A DNA stretch of 38,251 nt, taken from the IMG/VR virus record IMGVR_UViG_3300032305_000289, positions 1-38,251 of that record; one strand, 5' to 3'. Shown here one piece after another: positions 1 through 9,062 of this stretch (its first letter is position 1; each line of letters begins with the position of its first letter). A model generated the notes under the pieces. That model had not been told where the DNA came from. It made no database searches and was given only the letters and a program-made list of their open reading frames with translations. This stretch comes from a virus. Lineage: Duplodnaviria; Caudoviricetes. The translations under genes were made by a program, and so were the position numbers.

Positions 1-123
1 ACTCAATGATTGAACGCTCACTTGCTTTTCATGGGGATGTTGCTAATAGATTAGGTGCGCTTGAGACCTTAAAGACGAAGGTTTTGGCTGTAGCTGGAGT
101 CGTTGGGCTGGCCTGCTCAATGG
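1..123. repeat. Terminal direct repeat, left copy (circular assembly overlap)
   Basis: 1-123 is identical to 38129-38251; an ORF reads through the junction. Unit genome length 38128 bp. Confidence 0.95.
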
Positions 124-155
124 GCTGGGATATACTTAAAAACCGCTTTAATTGA
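1..155 (+). CDS. 3' part of junction-spanning small membrane protein (starts GTG 38038)
   Basis: Hand translation: ...SMIERSLAFHGDVANRLGALETLKTKVLAVAGVVGLACSMGWDILKNRFN*, TGA at 153-155. Confidence 0.75.
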   Translation, partial: SMIERSLAFHGDVANRLGALETLKTKVLAVAGVVGLACSMGWDILKNRFN

Positions 156-167
156 TAGGGAGATAAA

Positions 168-713
168 ATGGCAACATTAGGAACGCAGAACATTTCAACC
201 AGTTACGTCCAGCTAATGAAGACTAGCGGTCTTACTGGCATTGACGGCACGATCCAGACCATTACAGATGGCAATAATGTATCCTCTGCCCTTCAGCTAT
301 CCACAGGTGGCGTTAGCAGCACAGGCTCTCTTTCGGTTATTGGTGTGGCTACAGTTGGCAGTCTTGAGATTGGCGGTTCGGCAGGACCCACGATTACAAA
401 GGTGTCCTATGGAACCGCAGCGTTTACTGGCTCTACATTCCAAGACCTAGACTCGGCTACAGCGGGATCAAATGTTACAACAGGAACATTTGCGGTAACA
501 GGCGCAGCCTTGGGAGACATCGTCTTTGGTGGGCTTACATCAATTGGCTCAAGCACAGGAACAAACGCTACCTTGGCTCAAAGGCTCATTCCTTCGTTTA
601 GGGTTGAATCGGCAGATACGATTCGATATGTAATACTTAATACAGATATAGTTTCCCACGGCACAACTCCCGCAGGAACGCTATACGCAACCGCAATGAG
701 GTTTACAGCATGA
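168..713 (+). CDS. Virion structural protein (Thr/Gly/Ser-rich, fibre/decoration-like)
   Basis: GGGAG RBS; 181 aa small-residue-rich; ATGA-coupled to the tail fibre gene. Confidence 0.65.
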   Translation: MATLGTQNISTSYVQLMKTSGLTGIDGTIQTITDGNNVSSALQLSTGGVSSTGSLSVIGVATVGSLEIGGSAGPTITKVSYGTAAFTGSTFQDLDSATAGSNVTTGTFAVTGAALGDIVFGGLTSIGSSTGTNATLAQRLIPSFRVESADTIRYVILNTDIVSHGTTPAGTLYATAMRFTA

Positions 714-2389
714 GTAAATTTAACGCAGGTCAATCTTTCGCTGATGGCGATACAGTAACAGGTGCAAAGCTAAACAACATTGCTGGCCTACTGGACATTT
801 ATACTGGCCTAATCTCCGAACAAACAGCAATGGTTGCAACTGTCAGTACGGCAGATCAGCTTCTTATTGCAGATGTAGATAACGGAGATAGTGGCGCGGC
901 CAATCGGGTGACAGTTCAGAAGCTCTTAAACGATGGCTTGACCAATGGAACTTTTTCAAATTTAAGCTTAACTGGCAATTTAAATGTCACACAACTTTCT
1001 ACCCTTGGAACGATAAACAATACCAGGGGTACAGTTGGCATTCTAAATAGCACTACTGGAACAATTCAGTCTCTTAACAGTACGACTGGAACGATTGGAA
1101 CGCTTAATAATACTACTGGAACGATTGGTACGCTTGTTGCGACTGGAACAATTACTGGATCTACAAATATAGTCAACATTGGCAGTGGGCAGATTTACAA
1201 GGATGCGATTGGAAATGTTGGGATTGGGGTTGCTTCTCCAGAAGCTAAATTAGATGTTAATGGAACCCTTCAACTTCGTGGTTCTGGATCAGAAGGAGGG
1301 GAAATTAATTTCTTAAATACAGGCAATGCGTCAGTTGGAATGACCATTGATGTTTCTTCAGGATCAAACGTAGGACGAATCCTTACCGCAGCCACAAATT
1401 CTGAATTAAAACTCGGTCAGCTTGTTGGTACAGGTGGAATTATTACGGCTCACACCGCAGCAGCAGAACGAATGCGGATTGACGCTAGTGGCAATGTTGG
1501 GATTGGGACTACGAGTCCTGCGTATCAATTAAATGTCCAAAGCGCAGGATCTGCGGCAACTGTTAATAGGGGTATTGTTTTAAGAACTGGAGATCAAACA
1601 AACTTTTTCAGATTGTCCTCAGTATATAATACAACTACTACAAGTGGAGCGTTCCCAATACAATCAGGTGGATTATATTGGGAGCATGGCGGAGGTTTTG
1701 GCGCATCAGGTGGTTTAGTAATAGCTACAAATAGCGCAAATGCTGGTCCTGTAATACTTGCAACAGCAGACACCGAACGCCTCCGAATTGATTCAAGTGG
1801 TAATGTTGGGATTGGGACTACGAGTCCTGCTTCCCCACTCCATGTAAGGGGAACCTCTATTTTTGGAACAGTTAATGTTCAATCATTATCTACAAACGCA
1901 GAAGCCTCTATCAGTTTCTATGACTCAGCAGATACAAATGCTGATAAATGGGTAATTGGTAAAAATATAACTGTTTCATCGGATCAATTTTGTTTTTACA
2001 AGAATGGGATTCAAGCCGTTTTTGATACAAACGGAAATTTTGGTATTGGAGTGGCCGCACCAGTAAACAAACTAGAAGTAGTTGGCTCCTTCGGTCGCGG
2101 TGCGCCAGTTACAAAGACTACTGATTTTACTTTGGCCGCAACCGAGAATTGGATTATTGTAAATAAAGCCACGACTTGCATTGCAACTCTTCCAGCCGCC
2201 TCCTCATGGACAGGAAGAGAGTTTACGATAAAGACACTTCAAGCTGTTACTGTTGTATCTCCAACATCAAATATTTCCCCCCTAAACAGCGCAACCCCTG
2301 GAACCGCAATCCTTCCAGCAACAGCGGGAGCGTGGGCCACTCTTGTTTCCAATGGAACAAATTGGGTAACAATGGCAGCGTCAGCGTAA
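710..2389 (+). CDS. Tail fibre protein
   Basis: 559 aa; recurring R.RID.SGNVGIG...P modules and NSTTGTIGTL-type 10-aa repeats; upstream of chaperone and tail tube genes. Confidence 0.85.
   Translation: MSKFNAGQSFADGDTVTGAKLNNIAGLLDIYTGLISEQTAMVATVSTADQLLIADVDNGDSGAANRVTVQKLLNDGLTNGTFSNLSLTGNLNVTQLSTLGTINNTRGTVGILNSTTGTIQSLNSTTGTIGTLNNTTGTIGTLVATGTITGSTNIVNIGSGQIYKDAIGNVGIGVASPEAKLDVNGTLQLRGSGSEGGEINFLNTGNASVGMTIDVSSGSNVGRILTAATNSELKLGQLVGTGGIITAHTAAAERMRIDASGNVGIGTTSPAYQLNVQSAGSAATVNRGIVLRTGDQTNFFRLSSVYNTTTTSGAFPIQSGGLYWEHGGGFGASGGLVIATNSANAGPVILATADTERLRIDSSGNVGIGTTSPASPLHVRGTSIFGTVNVQSLSTNAEASISFYDSADTNADKWVIGKNITVSSDQFCFYKNGIQAVFDTNGNFGIGVAAPVNKLEVVGSFGRGAPVTKTTDFTLAATENWIIVNKATTCIATLPAASSWTGREFTIKTLQAVTVVSPTSNISPLNSATPGTAILPATAGAWATLVSNGTNWVTMAASA
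1487..1830 (+). repeat. 35-nt near-identical direct repeat (1487-1521 and 1796-1830) in tail fibre
   Basis: AGTGG(C/T)AATGTTGGGATTGGGACTACGAGTCCTGC, one mismatch; encodes SGNVGIGTTSPA. Confidence 0.9.
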
Positions 2390-2406
2390 AGTATTTGGAA
2401 CATAAT

Positions 2407-2718
2407 ATGGAATACAATTTAAACATAAAACAACTGCGAGCGGCAAAGGAACTTGACAACAAGCAAGACTTTGTTGTTGAGGTTGATTGGGAATATACCG
2501 CAACCGAAGGTAGCGCAACGTGCGCTCGATATGGAACGTCCTCATTCTACCAGCCAAGTAGTTCATTCATTCCGTTTGATGAACTTACCCAAGATATTGT
2601 GAAATCTTGGGTTACTTCCTCAGTTGACATTGCTGGACTTGAGGCAAGCCTTTCCGAGCAAATCAACGATATTCTAAATCCCCAAGTTTCAGTTGTTCCT
2701 TTCCCTTGGAATAACTAA
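2407..2718 (+). CDS. Putative tail fibre assembly/accessory protein
   Basis: Start reassigned to ATG 2407 (MEYNLNIK...); FIPFDELTQDIVKSWV and C-terminal PFPW resemble small genes that follow fibres. Confidence 0.65.
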   Translation: MEYNLNIKQLRAAKELDNKQDFVVEVDWEYTATEGSATCARYGTSSFYQPSSSFIPFDELTQDIVKSWVTSSVDIAGLEASLSEQINDILNPQVSVVPFPWNN

Positions 2719-3414
2719 ATGACCCTAACCGAAATCGCCCAGTATGCGGGTGAGAAGATCGGCAAGACCGATGCCGATACGCTTACCTTCTTGCAGAAGT
2801 CAGCTAGCCTAAACTACAGGCGGGTTTGGAACTTCGCCCCTTGGCGCGAGACTGTCACCACATCTACCTACGCTGTTACCGCTGGTAGCAGGACAGTCAC
2901 CCTTGGTTCAAATGTAGAGAACCCGCTTTCGGTTGCCTACAGCAATTCAGAGTTGCAGGCGATGGATCTTGCAACCATTGTCAGCCAAAACTCTGCTTTA
3001 CTTGATGACTCTAGCACTGGCACGCCTGTATTCTTTTACTTCAAGGGTCGCAACACTAGCGGGACAGCGGAACTTGATCTCTACCCAATCCTAGAAACTA
3101 CCAGCACCAACACGCTCTTAGTTGTGGAAAAGCTTCAGTGCCTAACCAGAACCAACTATGTCGTGGACTTTCCACCCTCTGCCAGCGCAATCAACGATGA
3201 GCTTCGCTTGCCCCATGTCAGCCACGTTGTCCTTGCCTTAACCCACGCTGATGCCCTAGAGCGTGAGCGTCAGTATGGTAAGTCGCAGATCGTTACGCAG
3301 GCTGCTAACGCCGATCTCGCTGCGATGGCGAACTACGAACTCTCCCAGGTAGGCGGGATGAAGCAGATCACACCAATCAGTTTAGGCGATCTATCAATCG
3401 AAGAGATTATCTAG
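2719..3414 (+). CDS. Podovirus tail adaptor (tail tubular protein A-like)
   Basis: 231 aa; N-terminal MTLTEIA...W.FAPW pattern; directly before nozzle-sized gene. Confidence 0.65.
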   Translation: MTLTEIAQYAGEKIGKTDADTLTFLQKSASLNYRRVWNFAPWRETVTTSTYAVTAGSRTVTLGSNVENPLSVAYSNSELQAMDLATIVSQNSALLDDSSTGTPVFFYFKGRNTSGTAELDLYPILETTSTNTLLVVEKLQCLTRTNYVVDFPPSASAINDELRLPHVSHVVLALTHADALERERQYGKSQIVTQAANADLAAMANYELSQVGGMKQITPISLGDLSIEEII

Positions 3415-3427
3415 GAGGCTAGAAGCA

Positions 3428-5284
3428 ATGCCTTATTTTACGGACGCAACCGATGACGTGCTGGCGTTTGACGGAATCCGTCAATTCAACGGCGGTCAGG
3501 CCAGCGGTGTTCAATCGGATAACTTGGCTGAGAACCAAGTACAAGAGTTAAAGAACATGACCCTGTCTCCGCAGGGCAGAGTGGAGACTAGGTACGGATT
3601 TGCAAGCTTCTCCACAGGAGCCACCACAACTGGCTCAAACTCAGTTGGCGGGATTGGCTACTACGATACCTTCAGCAACGAGCAGTTGCTTACAGTTTCC
3701 AGCGGAAGATTGTTTTCTATAAACAACGCAGGCGTTGCGACAAGGCAACCAGCCCTTGCCACTTGGTCGGCCACAACCTCGACTTGGGCTACAACGAATC
3801 AAGTATGGGAGAATGGCTACTTAGTTGCAGCTACAGCAAGAGTCAATATGACTCAGTTCAATGACTTGGAATACCTAGTTGATGGTGCTGGATCGCTAAT
3901 GGTTTGGGATGGTACAAGCGTCAAACAACAGGGTGGCAAGCTAAGAGCGATTACAGTAGATACCGCTGGAACTGGCTATACATCTGCAACAGCAATTATT
4001 ACTAGCCCCAATCTTGGTGGCGTACCTCCAACCCTAATTACAACAGTAGCTGGTGGAGCCGTTACTGAGGTTCTTGTATCGGATAATTCTGGTGGTGGTT
4101 ATTCAATCACGCCTACTGTAACAATTGTTGGCAATGGTTCTGGAGCTACCGCAACCCCTTCTATGGGCATACCTCCTACTGCACTGCGTATCATTGTTTC
4201 CAGCGGGAACAGGTTGTTTGGAGTTGGTAGCGATGTATCGCGTAACACAATTTATTGTTCTGATCTTCTTGATGCTGGCCTATGGGCAGCGACCAACAGC
4301 ATTGTTGTTGGCAGTGGTGACGGAGAAGAGATAACCGCAGTTGTTCCGTACTACGCCAATCGCTTAGTTGTATTCAAAGCATCCAAGATTTACCAAGTAA
4401 CTATCCCAGCCGACATGACTTCTGCTGCTGATTGGGTAGTTGAACAGGTTAGTTCCACAGTTGGATGTGCGGCTGAAAAGTCGGCGGTGCAGGTCAATTC
4501 CGATATATTCTTCTTGTCATCAGATGGGATACGCTCGCTTAGTAGGTCAACCTCCGATGACTTTACTTCAGTTGGATTGCCACTTAGCGAGATTATTAAA
4601 GACGTTATCCTTACCATCAATCCAGTTGAAATTGGTAAGTCATACGCAATCTTCAATGACAATCGGTATATACTTTCTGTACCTACAAACTCCAGCGACA
4701 CTTGTAATGCGATGATAGTTTACAATACAATCCTGCAATCCTTTGAGGGAACCTGGAGCTTTGGAGCTATCCAGTTTACCCAAACAAACTTTAGTGCTCT
4801 AGGACGCAGGCTTGCCGCCAAGACTTCCAATGGTTTGATTACAAACTATAATGGGTACAAGACGCTAGATTCAACCATTGAGAGCGACTACAAGGATGCT
4901 GGGTCGTATTATGAGTCTTATGTCTCTACCAGAGCGTTCATCTTTGGCGATCCTTTTGCAGACAAACATGGAAGTCATTTTGAGATAAGCTTTGACAAGA
5001 CGTTTAGCGAGGATGTTGACGTATTCATCCAGCGTGATACAGACTCATCGTTTATATCCGTATTGGCTAATATAGACGCATCCAGTATTGAGCTAACCTT
5101 GCCATTCGTTCTGCCAGCCGTTCTTACCGCTTCAGCAAGGAACAGGGTTGCCAACGATTTACGCACCTACGAGAAGTGGCGTAATTTGGCTGTCAAGGTT
5201 GCAAGCTCAACAGGCCAGTTTTCTATCCGTCAAATCATTGCGGCAGCCAACCCAGACACAATCCAGATACAGAAGGTTATATGA
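3428..5284 (+). CDS. Tail nozzle / head stabilisation protein (T7 gp12 / P22 gp10-like)
   Basis: 618 aa; AGGAGG RBS; beta-propeller-like motifs (NRLFGVG, RLVVFK, VGCAA, IFFLSSDGIRSL); position in tail module. Confidence 0.75.
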   Translation: MPYFTDATDDVLAFDGIRQFNGGQASGVQSDNLAENQVQELKNMTLSPQGRVETRYGFASFSTGATTTGSNSVGGIGYYDTFSNEQLLTVSSGRLFSINNAGVATRQPALATWSATTSTWATTNQVWENGYLVAATARVNMTQFNDLEYLVDGAGSLMVWDGTSVKQQGGKLRAITVDTAGTGYTSATAIITSPNLGGVPPTLITTVAGGAVTEVLVSDNSGGGYSITPTVTIVGNGSGATATPSMGIPPTALRIIVSSGNRLFGVGSDVSRNTIYCSDLLDAGLWAATNSIVVGSGDGEEITAVVPYYANRLVVFKASKIYQVTIPADMTSAADWVVEQVSSTVGCAAEKSAVQVNSDIFFLSSDGIRSLSRSTSDDFTSVGLPLSEIIKDVILTINPVEIGKSYAIFNDNRYILSVPTNSSDTCNAMIVYNTILQSFEGTWSFGAIQFTQTNFSALGRRLAAKTSNGLITNYNGYKTLDSTIESDYKDAGSYYESYVSTRAFIFGDPFADKHGSHFEISFDKTFSEDVDVFIQRDTDSSFISVLANIDASSIELTLPFVLPAVLTASARNRVANDLRTYEKWRNLAVKVASSTGQFSIRQIIAAANPDTIQIQKVI

Positions 5285-5670
5285 CGGCTATGGAATACAT
5301 TGAACTCTCTGGCGTGCCAGAGTCTCGCTGGCCTACCTTCAAGGATTGGTTTGGTTGGTACAAGCGTAATAACCTAGTTGGGGTGGTCAAGGATGGGGGT
5401 GAGATTGCTGGAGTTGCTCTAGTTAGGATGATTAACGAGTCAGAAGAACCTGTCCATTACCTACATCGACCTAATGGAGATACTGCCTTTGTTGACTTGA
5501 CTGTTACCTCAGTTGATGGTAGAAGTACTGCTCGTAGTCGCTTGGCTATGAAATACCTGCTGTCGATACTTTGGGATGAATTTGGCCCCCGCAGGAGCCT
5601 TATCTTTAACCGCAACGGAGTTAAGAAGAAGTACAATTATATGAAATTTATGCAAAAGGCTATGGCTTAA
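5281..5670 (+). CDS. Hypothetical protein (position of T7 gp13-like assembly protein)
   Basis: 129 aa; ATGA-coupled to nozzle gene; function inferred from position only. Confidence 0.5.
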   Translation: MTAMEYIELSGVPESRWPTFKDWFGWYKRNNLVGVVKDGGEIAGVALVRMINESEEPVHYLHRPNGDTAFVDLTVTSVDGRSTARSRLAMKYLLSILWDEFGPRRSLIFNRNGVKKKYNYMKFMQKAMA

Positions 5671-5671
5671 T

Positions 5672-6133
5672 ATGGGTGGATCACCCTCAATTCCAGCACC
5701 TCCTCCGCCTCCTAATCCTATGGATGCGGCCAGGGCTAATGATCTTTTCTATAGGTCTTCCCTTAATACCTATATTGAGAAACAACCTGAAATAGCGGAA
5801 CTAGAGCAAAACTTGCGTGAAAAATATGCACCCCGCCAGCGTGATTTGGAACGCCAGATGTCGGCTTTGGATTTGCAAAGGTCAGCCCAGGCAGGATTAC
5901 AGGTTGAGCGTGAACTTGGACCGCAACGCTCGCTTGAGGCTATGCGCCGTCAGTTTGAGATGTCTCCTAATGCCTTTGCCACACAGCAGGGATTAGGTCA
6001 GCAAGCGGCAGTTCAGTTTGCTAGATTATACGGCCAATCTCCAATGAATTTTGTTCCTCAACAAGTACAGCAATCGCAAGGCGCGGGACAGGTAGATTAC
6101 CTTTCTGGATTGCCAAGGACTGGAATAGTTTAA
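5672..6133 (+). CDS. Internal virion (ejection) protein
   Basis: MGGSP..PPPP N-terminus and Gln-rich helical composition typical of the first podovirus ejection gene. Confidence 0.6.
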   Translation: MGGSPSIPAPPPPPNPMDAARANDLFYRSSLNTYIEKQPEIAELEQNLREKYAPRQRDLERQMSALDLQRSAQAGLQVERELGPQRSLEAMRRQFEMSPNAFATQQGLGQQAAVQFARLYGQSPMNFVPQQVQQSQGAGQVDYLSGLPRTGIV

Positions 6134-6134
6134 T

Positions 6135-8096
6135 ATGGCAAAAGCAGCTAAAGCACCAAAAGTTGATCCAAACATAGCCACGATAGAAAAGTATAAAGCA
6201 CTCGGTCTTACCGATGCTGCAAGCTATGTTACAAAAGGAAACTTTGACGAGAAAAAGGCCCAAACAGATATAATTAAAAATGTATATAAACTTGATCCAA
6301 AAGTATATACAAGCAAAAATTTTGATGAAGCCACAACAAAATATCAATACGAACAACCCAAGATTACTGCACCAGCAAAAAAGGCAACAAATTTTCAAAC
6401 TGCTGTAAATAATTATTCTGGTGTCTTGTCAAAAGCACAGGAAATTGGAATAGCAAATTTAAATGCAGTAGATCAAAAGGCCATCAAGGCTGCCGCAGAA
6501 AGAATTAGATTTTTTGCCCCAGATAATCCAACAGATAATGTAAAAACACTTCTTGCAAATGTAATGGCTGCGTCAGATCAGCTTGATAGCATTAATGCAA
6601 AAAGGGAAGATGTTGCGACTTATCAGGCAAAAGTTAATTCAAAATTACGCGGTAAGGCCAAGGGAGATGCACTAACTAAGCTTGAAACGGCGCAAGGCGA
6701 ACTCGCAAATTTACAAAGAAATACAACAAATAAATCCCCTTATCTTATAGAATCCTTATCAAAACTTAGGCTTTCTGATTATGGCATAAGTGGATATGGT
6801 GCTGGCGGGGCTACAACTGGTGGAGGGACTACAATAGGAGGCGGAGTTACAACTGGCGGAGGAACTACAACTGGCGGGGGAACTACAACTGGCGGAGGAA
6901 CATCCGTTTCTACTATTGGCAGTGCCGTTAATGCTCTTGGGTCTGGATCGCTTGTTCTTGGCAATAGTTTTGTTGGTAAGCTAAATCCAGAAGTAACAGA
7001 CGTTGAAGCCTTGGGAAGCATCAATGATGCAACAACGGCAGCGTACACGGATTACTTTAATTTGGCAACAGCAGCAGCAACCGACATAACAAGTAAAATT
7101 GCTTCTGCTACAGATATTTTAAATAATATCCCAGAAGAGAATACTGTTGAAAGAGCAAGAGTAACGGCAGCTATTGACGGATACAACACTGAACTTACAA
7201 ATGTTAAAGCATATGCTGTTAAAGCAAAGGGTCTTCTTGATAATTACAAGCCACTTGCTGGCGATGCAGCAGCAACCGCTGTATCTAAATTTAGAGAAAC
7301 ACTTCGCCTTCCAGAAGAACGCACAATAAAGCAAATTGAGCAAATAGATCCCACTGTTGCTGCAACTGCTCGCGCCCTTTCCAAGCAGTATCAAACTATG
7401 GCCGAGACACCTCTGGGTCCAACCACAACCAAGCAGACTGAAGACCTTCGCAATACCATCGAGCAAGAGGCGATTAACCAACTTCGCTTGGGATCAACTA
7501 TTGGTGCGGAAGAACGGCGTGGATACGAACAATCCATCCGTGGAGCGCAGACTGCTAGGGGCAATATCTTTGGTATTGGACCAGCGGTGCAGGAAGCAGC
7601 CAACATTGGTATGGCTGGCGAGCAACGCAAGCTGGCACGCTATGGTGCAGCCACAGCGTTCCTTGGTTCTGGCGAGACAACAGGCGCGGCTACAGCGCGG
7701 GATCTTGGTCTTCGCAATGCCCTTGAACAATCACGCCTTGGCGCGGCTCAAGGCTTTATTGCAGGTGGCCCAACCCTTTACAACTTAGGCTCACAGCGTC
7801 TTGGAGAGCAACAAGCTATGCTTAATAACTACCTTGCAGCATCGCAACCACAGGGAACTGGTGGGTTCCAATCCACGCCTTCAGCCTCTAATCCTTATGG
7901 ATATGTTAATCCTAATGCTGGATTTGCTGGCGCACAGAATGCGGCTGGTATTTACAATACGTTGGCGGATTATCAAAAAGGCGTGTATGGATCGCAAGTT
8001 GGCGCAATTGCTAGTCAGCCAAGTGGAGCGCAACAGTTTGGGGCAATTGCTTCTGGTATTAGCGGATTTATACCTAGTTTTTCATTCAGCAAATAG
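6135..8096 (+). CDS. Internal virion (ejection/DNA transfer) protein
   Basis: 653 aa Ala/Gly/Gln-rich; Gly-rich hydrophobic C-terminus; internal GGGTTT linker. Confidence 0.65.
   Translation: MAKAAKAPKVDPNIATIEKYKALGLTDAASYVTKGNFDEKKAQTDIIKNVYKLDPKVYTSKNFDEATTKYQYEQPKITAPAKKATNFQTAVNNYSGVLSKAQEIGIANLNAVDQKAIKAAAERIRFFAPDNPTDNVKTLLANVMAASDQLDSINAKREDVATYQAKVNSKLRGKAKGDALTKLETAQGELANLQRNTTNKSPYLIESLSKLRLSDYGISGYGAGGATTGGGTTIGGGVTTGGGTTTGGGTTTGGGTSVSTIGSAVNALGSGSLVLGNSFVGKLNPEVTDVEALGSINDATTAAYTDYFNLATAAATDITSKIASATDILNNIPEENTVERARVTAAIDGYNTELTNVKAYAVKAKGLLDNYKPLAGDAAATAVSKFRETLRLPEERTIKQIEQIDPTVAATARALSKQYQTMAETPLGPTTTKQTEDLRNTIEQEAINQLRLGSTIGAEERRGYEQSIRGAQTARGNIFGIGPAVQEAANIGMAGEQRKLARYGAATAFLGSGETTGAATARDLGLRNALEQSRLGAAQGFIAGGPTLYNLGSQRLGEQQAMLNNYLAASQPQGTGGFQSTPSASNPYGYVNPNAGFAGAQNAAGIYNTLADYQKGVYGSQVGAIASQPSGAQQFGAIASGISGFIPSFSFSK
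6804..6902 (+). repeat. 18-nt tandem repeat encoding (GGGTTT)n linker
   Basis: About 5 degenerate copies of GGCGGAGGAACTACAACT. Confidence 0.85.
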
Positions 8097-8105
8097 GAGA
8101 TAAAT

Positions 8106-9062
8106 ATGGGACTAAGTTTTAACATTGAAGGACCAGAAACAAAGAAGCTTCGCGAAGCTGATATGCAGGAGCGCGAATTGCGAACAAGGATGTTGCGAAT
8201 GGCTGTTGAAAAAGAAGACCCAGCTACGCGAGGTGCTGCAATAGATGCATCATTGCAAGTCTTGCAAGATCCAAATGCAACAACTGGTCAGAGAGCCGCT
8301 GCCTATGCCAGAACAGGCGAGCTTGGTGGCACTAGACAAGTCGAAGGAATTGGTGCGGTTCCAACAGTAGTTCCAGAAGATCAAGTAAATGACTTGATGA
8401 CACGCAGGACACAAATGGGCGCACAAAGATTGGCATCAATAAACCAGCAAATAGATCAATACGAACAAGCTGGTGACAAGTACAATGCTGATGCGTATAG
8501 AACAATGCGTGATCTTCAATTTAAGAATGCTAAAGATAATTTTAAGAAGCTACCAATCAAGCAAGCCGAAGACCTTGTTGAGTTCAAGAATCTTGTTGAG
8601 CTTGGATCAAAAGCATTTAGCACAACGAGCGAAAATCTTTATGGCCCAGTCTTTGGACGCATTGAGGCTGGAAAATCCTATCTTGGGATGAGTCCAGATT
8701 TTACCACAATGAATCAAGCATACGCTGGCGTAAGGAATCAGATTCTAAAGGCTCGCGCTGGTGCTGCCGTAACTCCATCTGAGGCGGTTAGATTCTTGGA
8801 AGAAATTGGCGATCCCTACACTGGTGACTATCCCCAGAGGCTTGAGTCATTCACAGCCCAAAGGCGCAAGGAATATCTGGATAAACTACAAACGTATCAA
8901 GAGGCTGGCTTTGATATTCCTCCATCACTTCAATTTGGCAAAGAATCTGATACTGGAACTACTCAGCAACCCCAGCAAGGCCAAAAAGCTCAAGGAGCAA
9001 CAGGCGTAGTCGGCAAGTACATGACTGACCCAGCAACTGGAAAAGTAATGCGAGTTAAGTAA
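8106..9062 (+). CDS. Internal virion protein
   Basis: 318 aa; AGGAG RBS; RAGAAVTPSEA motif (SGAAV..SE-like pattern of ejection proteins); module position. Confidence 0.6.
   Translation: MGLSFNIEGPETKKLREADMQERELRTRMLRMAVEKEDPATRGAAIDASLQVLQDPNATTGQRAAAYARTGELGGTRQVEGIGAVPTVVPEDQVNDLMTRRTQMGAQRLASINQQIDQYEQAGDKYNADAYRTMRDLQFKNAKDNFKKLPIKQAEDLVEFKNLVELGSKAFSTTSENLYGPVFGRIEAGKSYLGMSPDFTTMNQAYAGVRNQILKARAGAAVTPSEAVRFLEEIGDPYTGDYPQRLESFTAQRRKEYLDKLQTYQEAGFDIPPSLQFGKESDTGTTQQPQQGQKAQGATGVVGKYMTDPATGKVMRVK

Noticed and set aside
710-2389. Diversity-generating retroelement acting on the tail fibre
   Set aside because: No reverse transcriptase; the repeat pair is short and differs by C/T, not at adenines.
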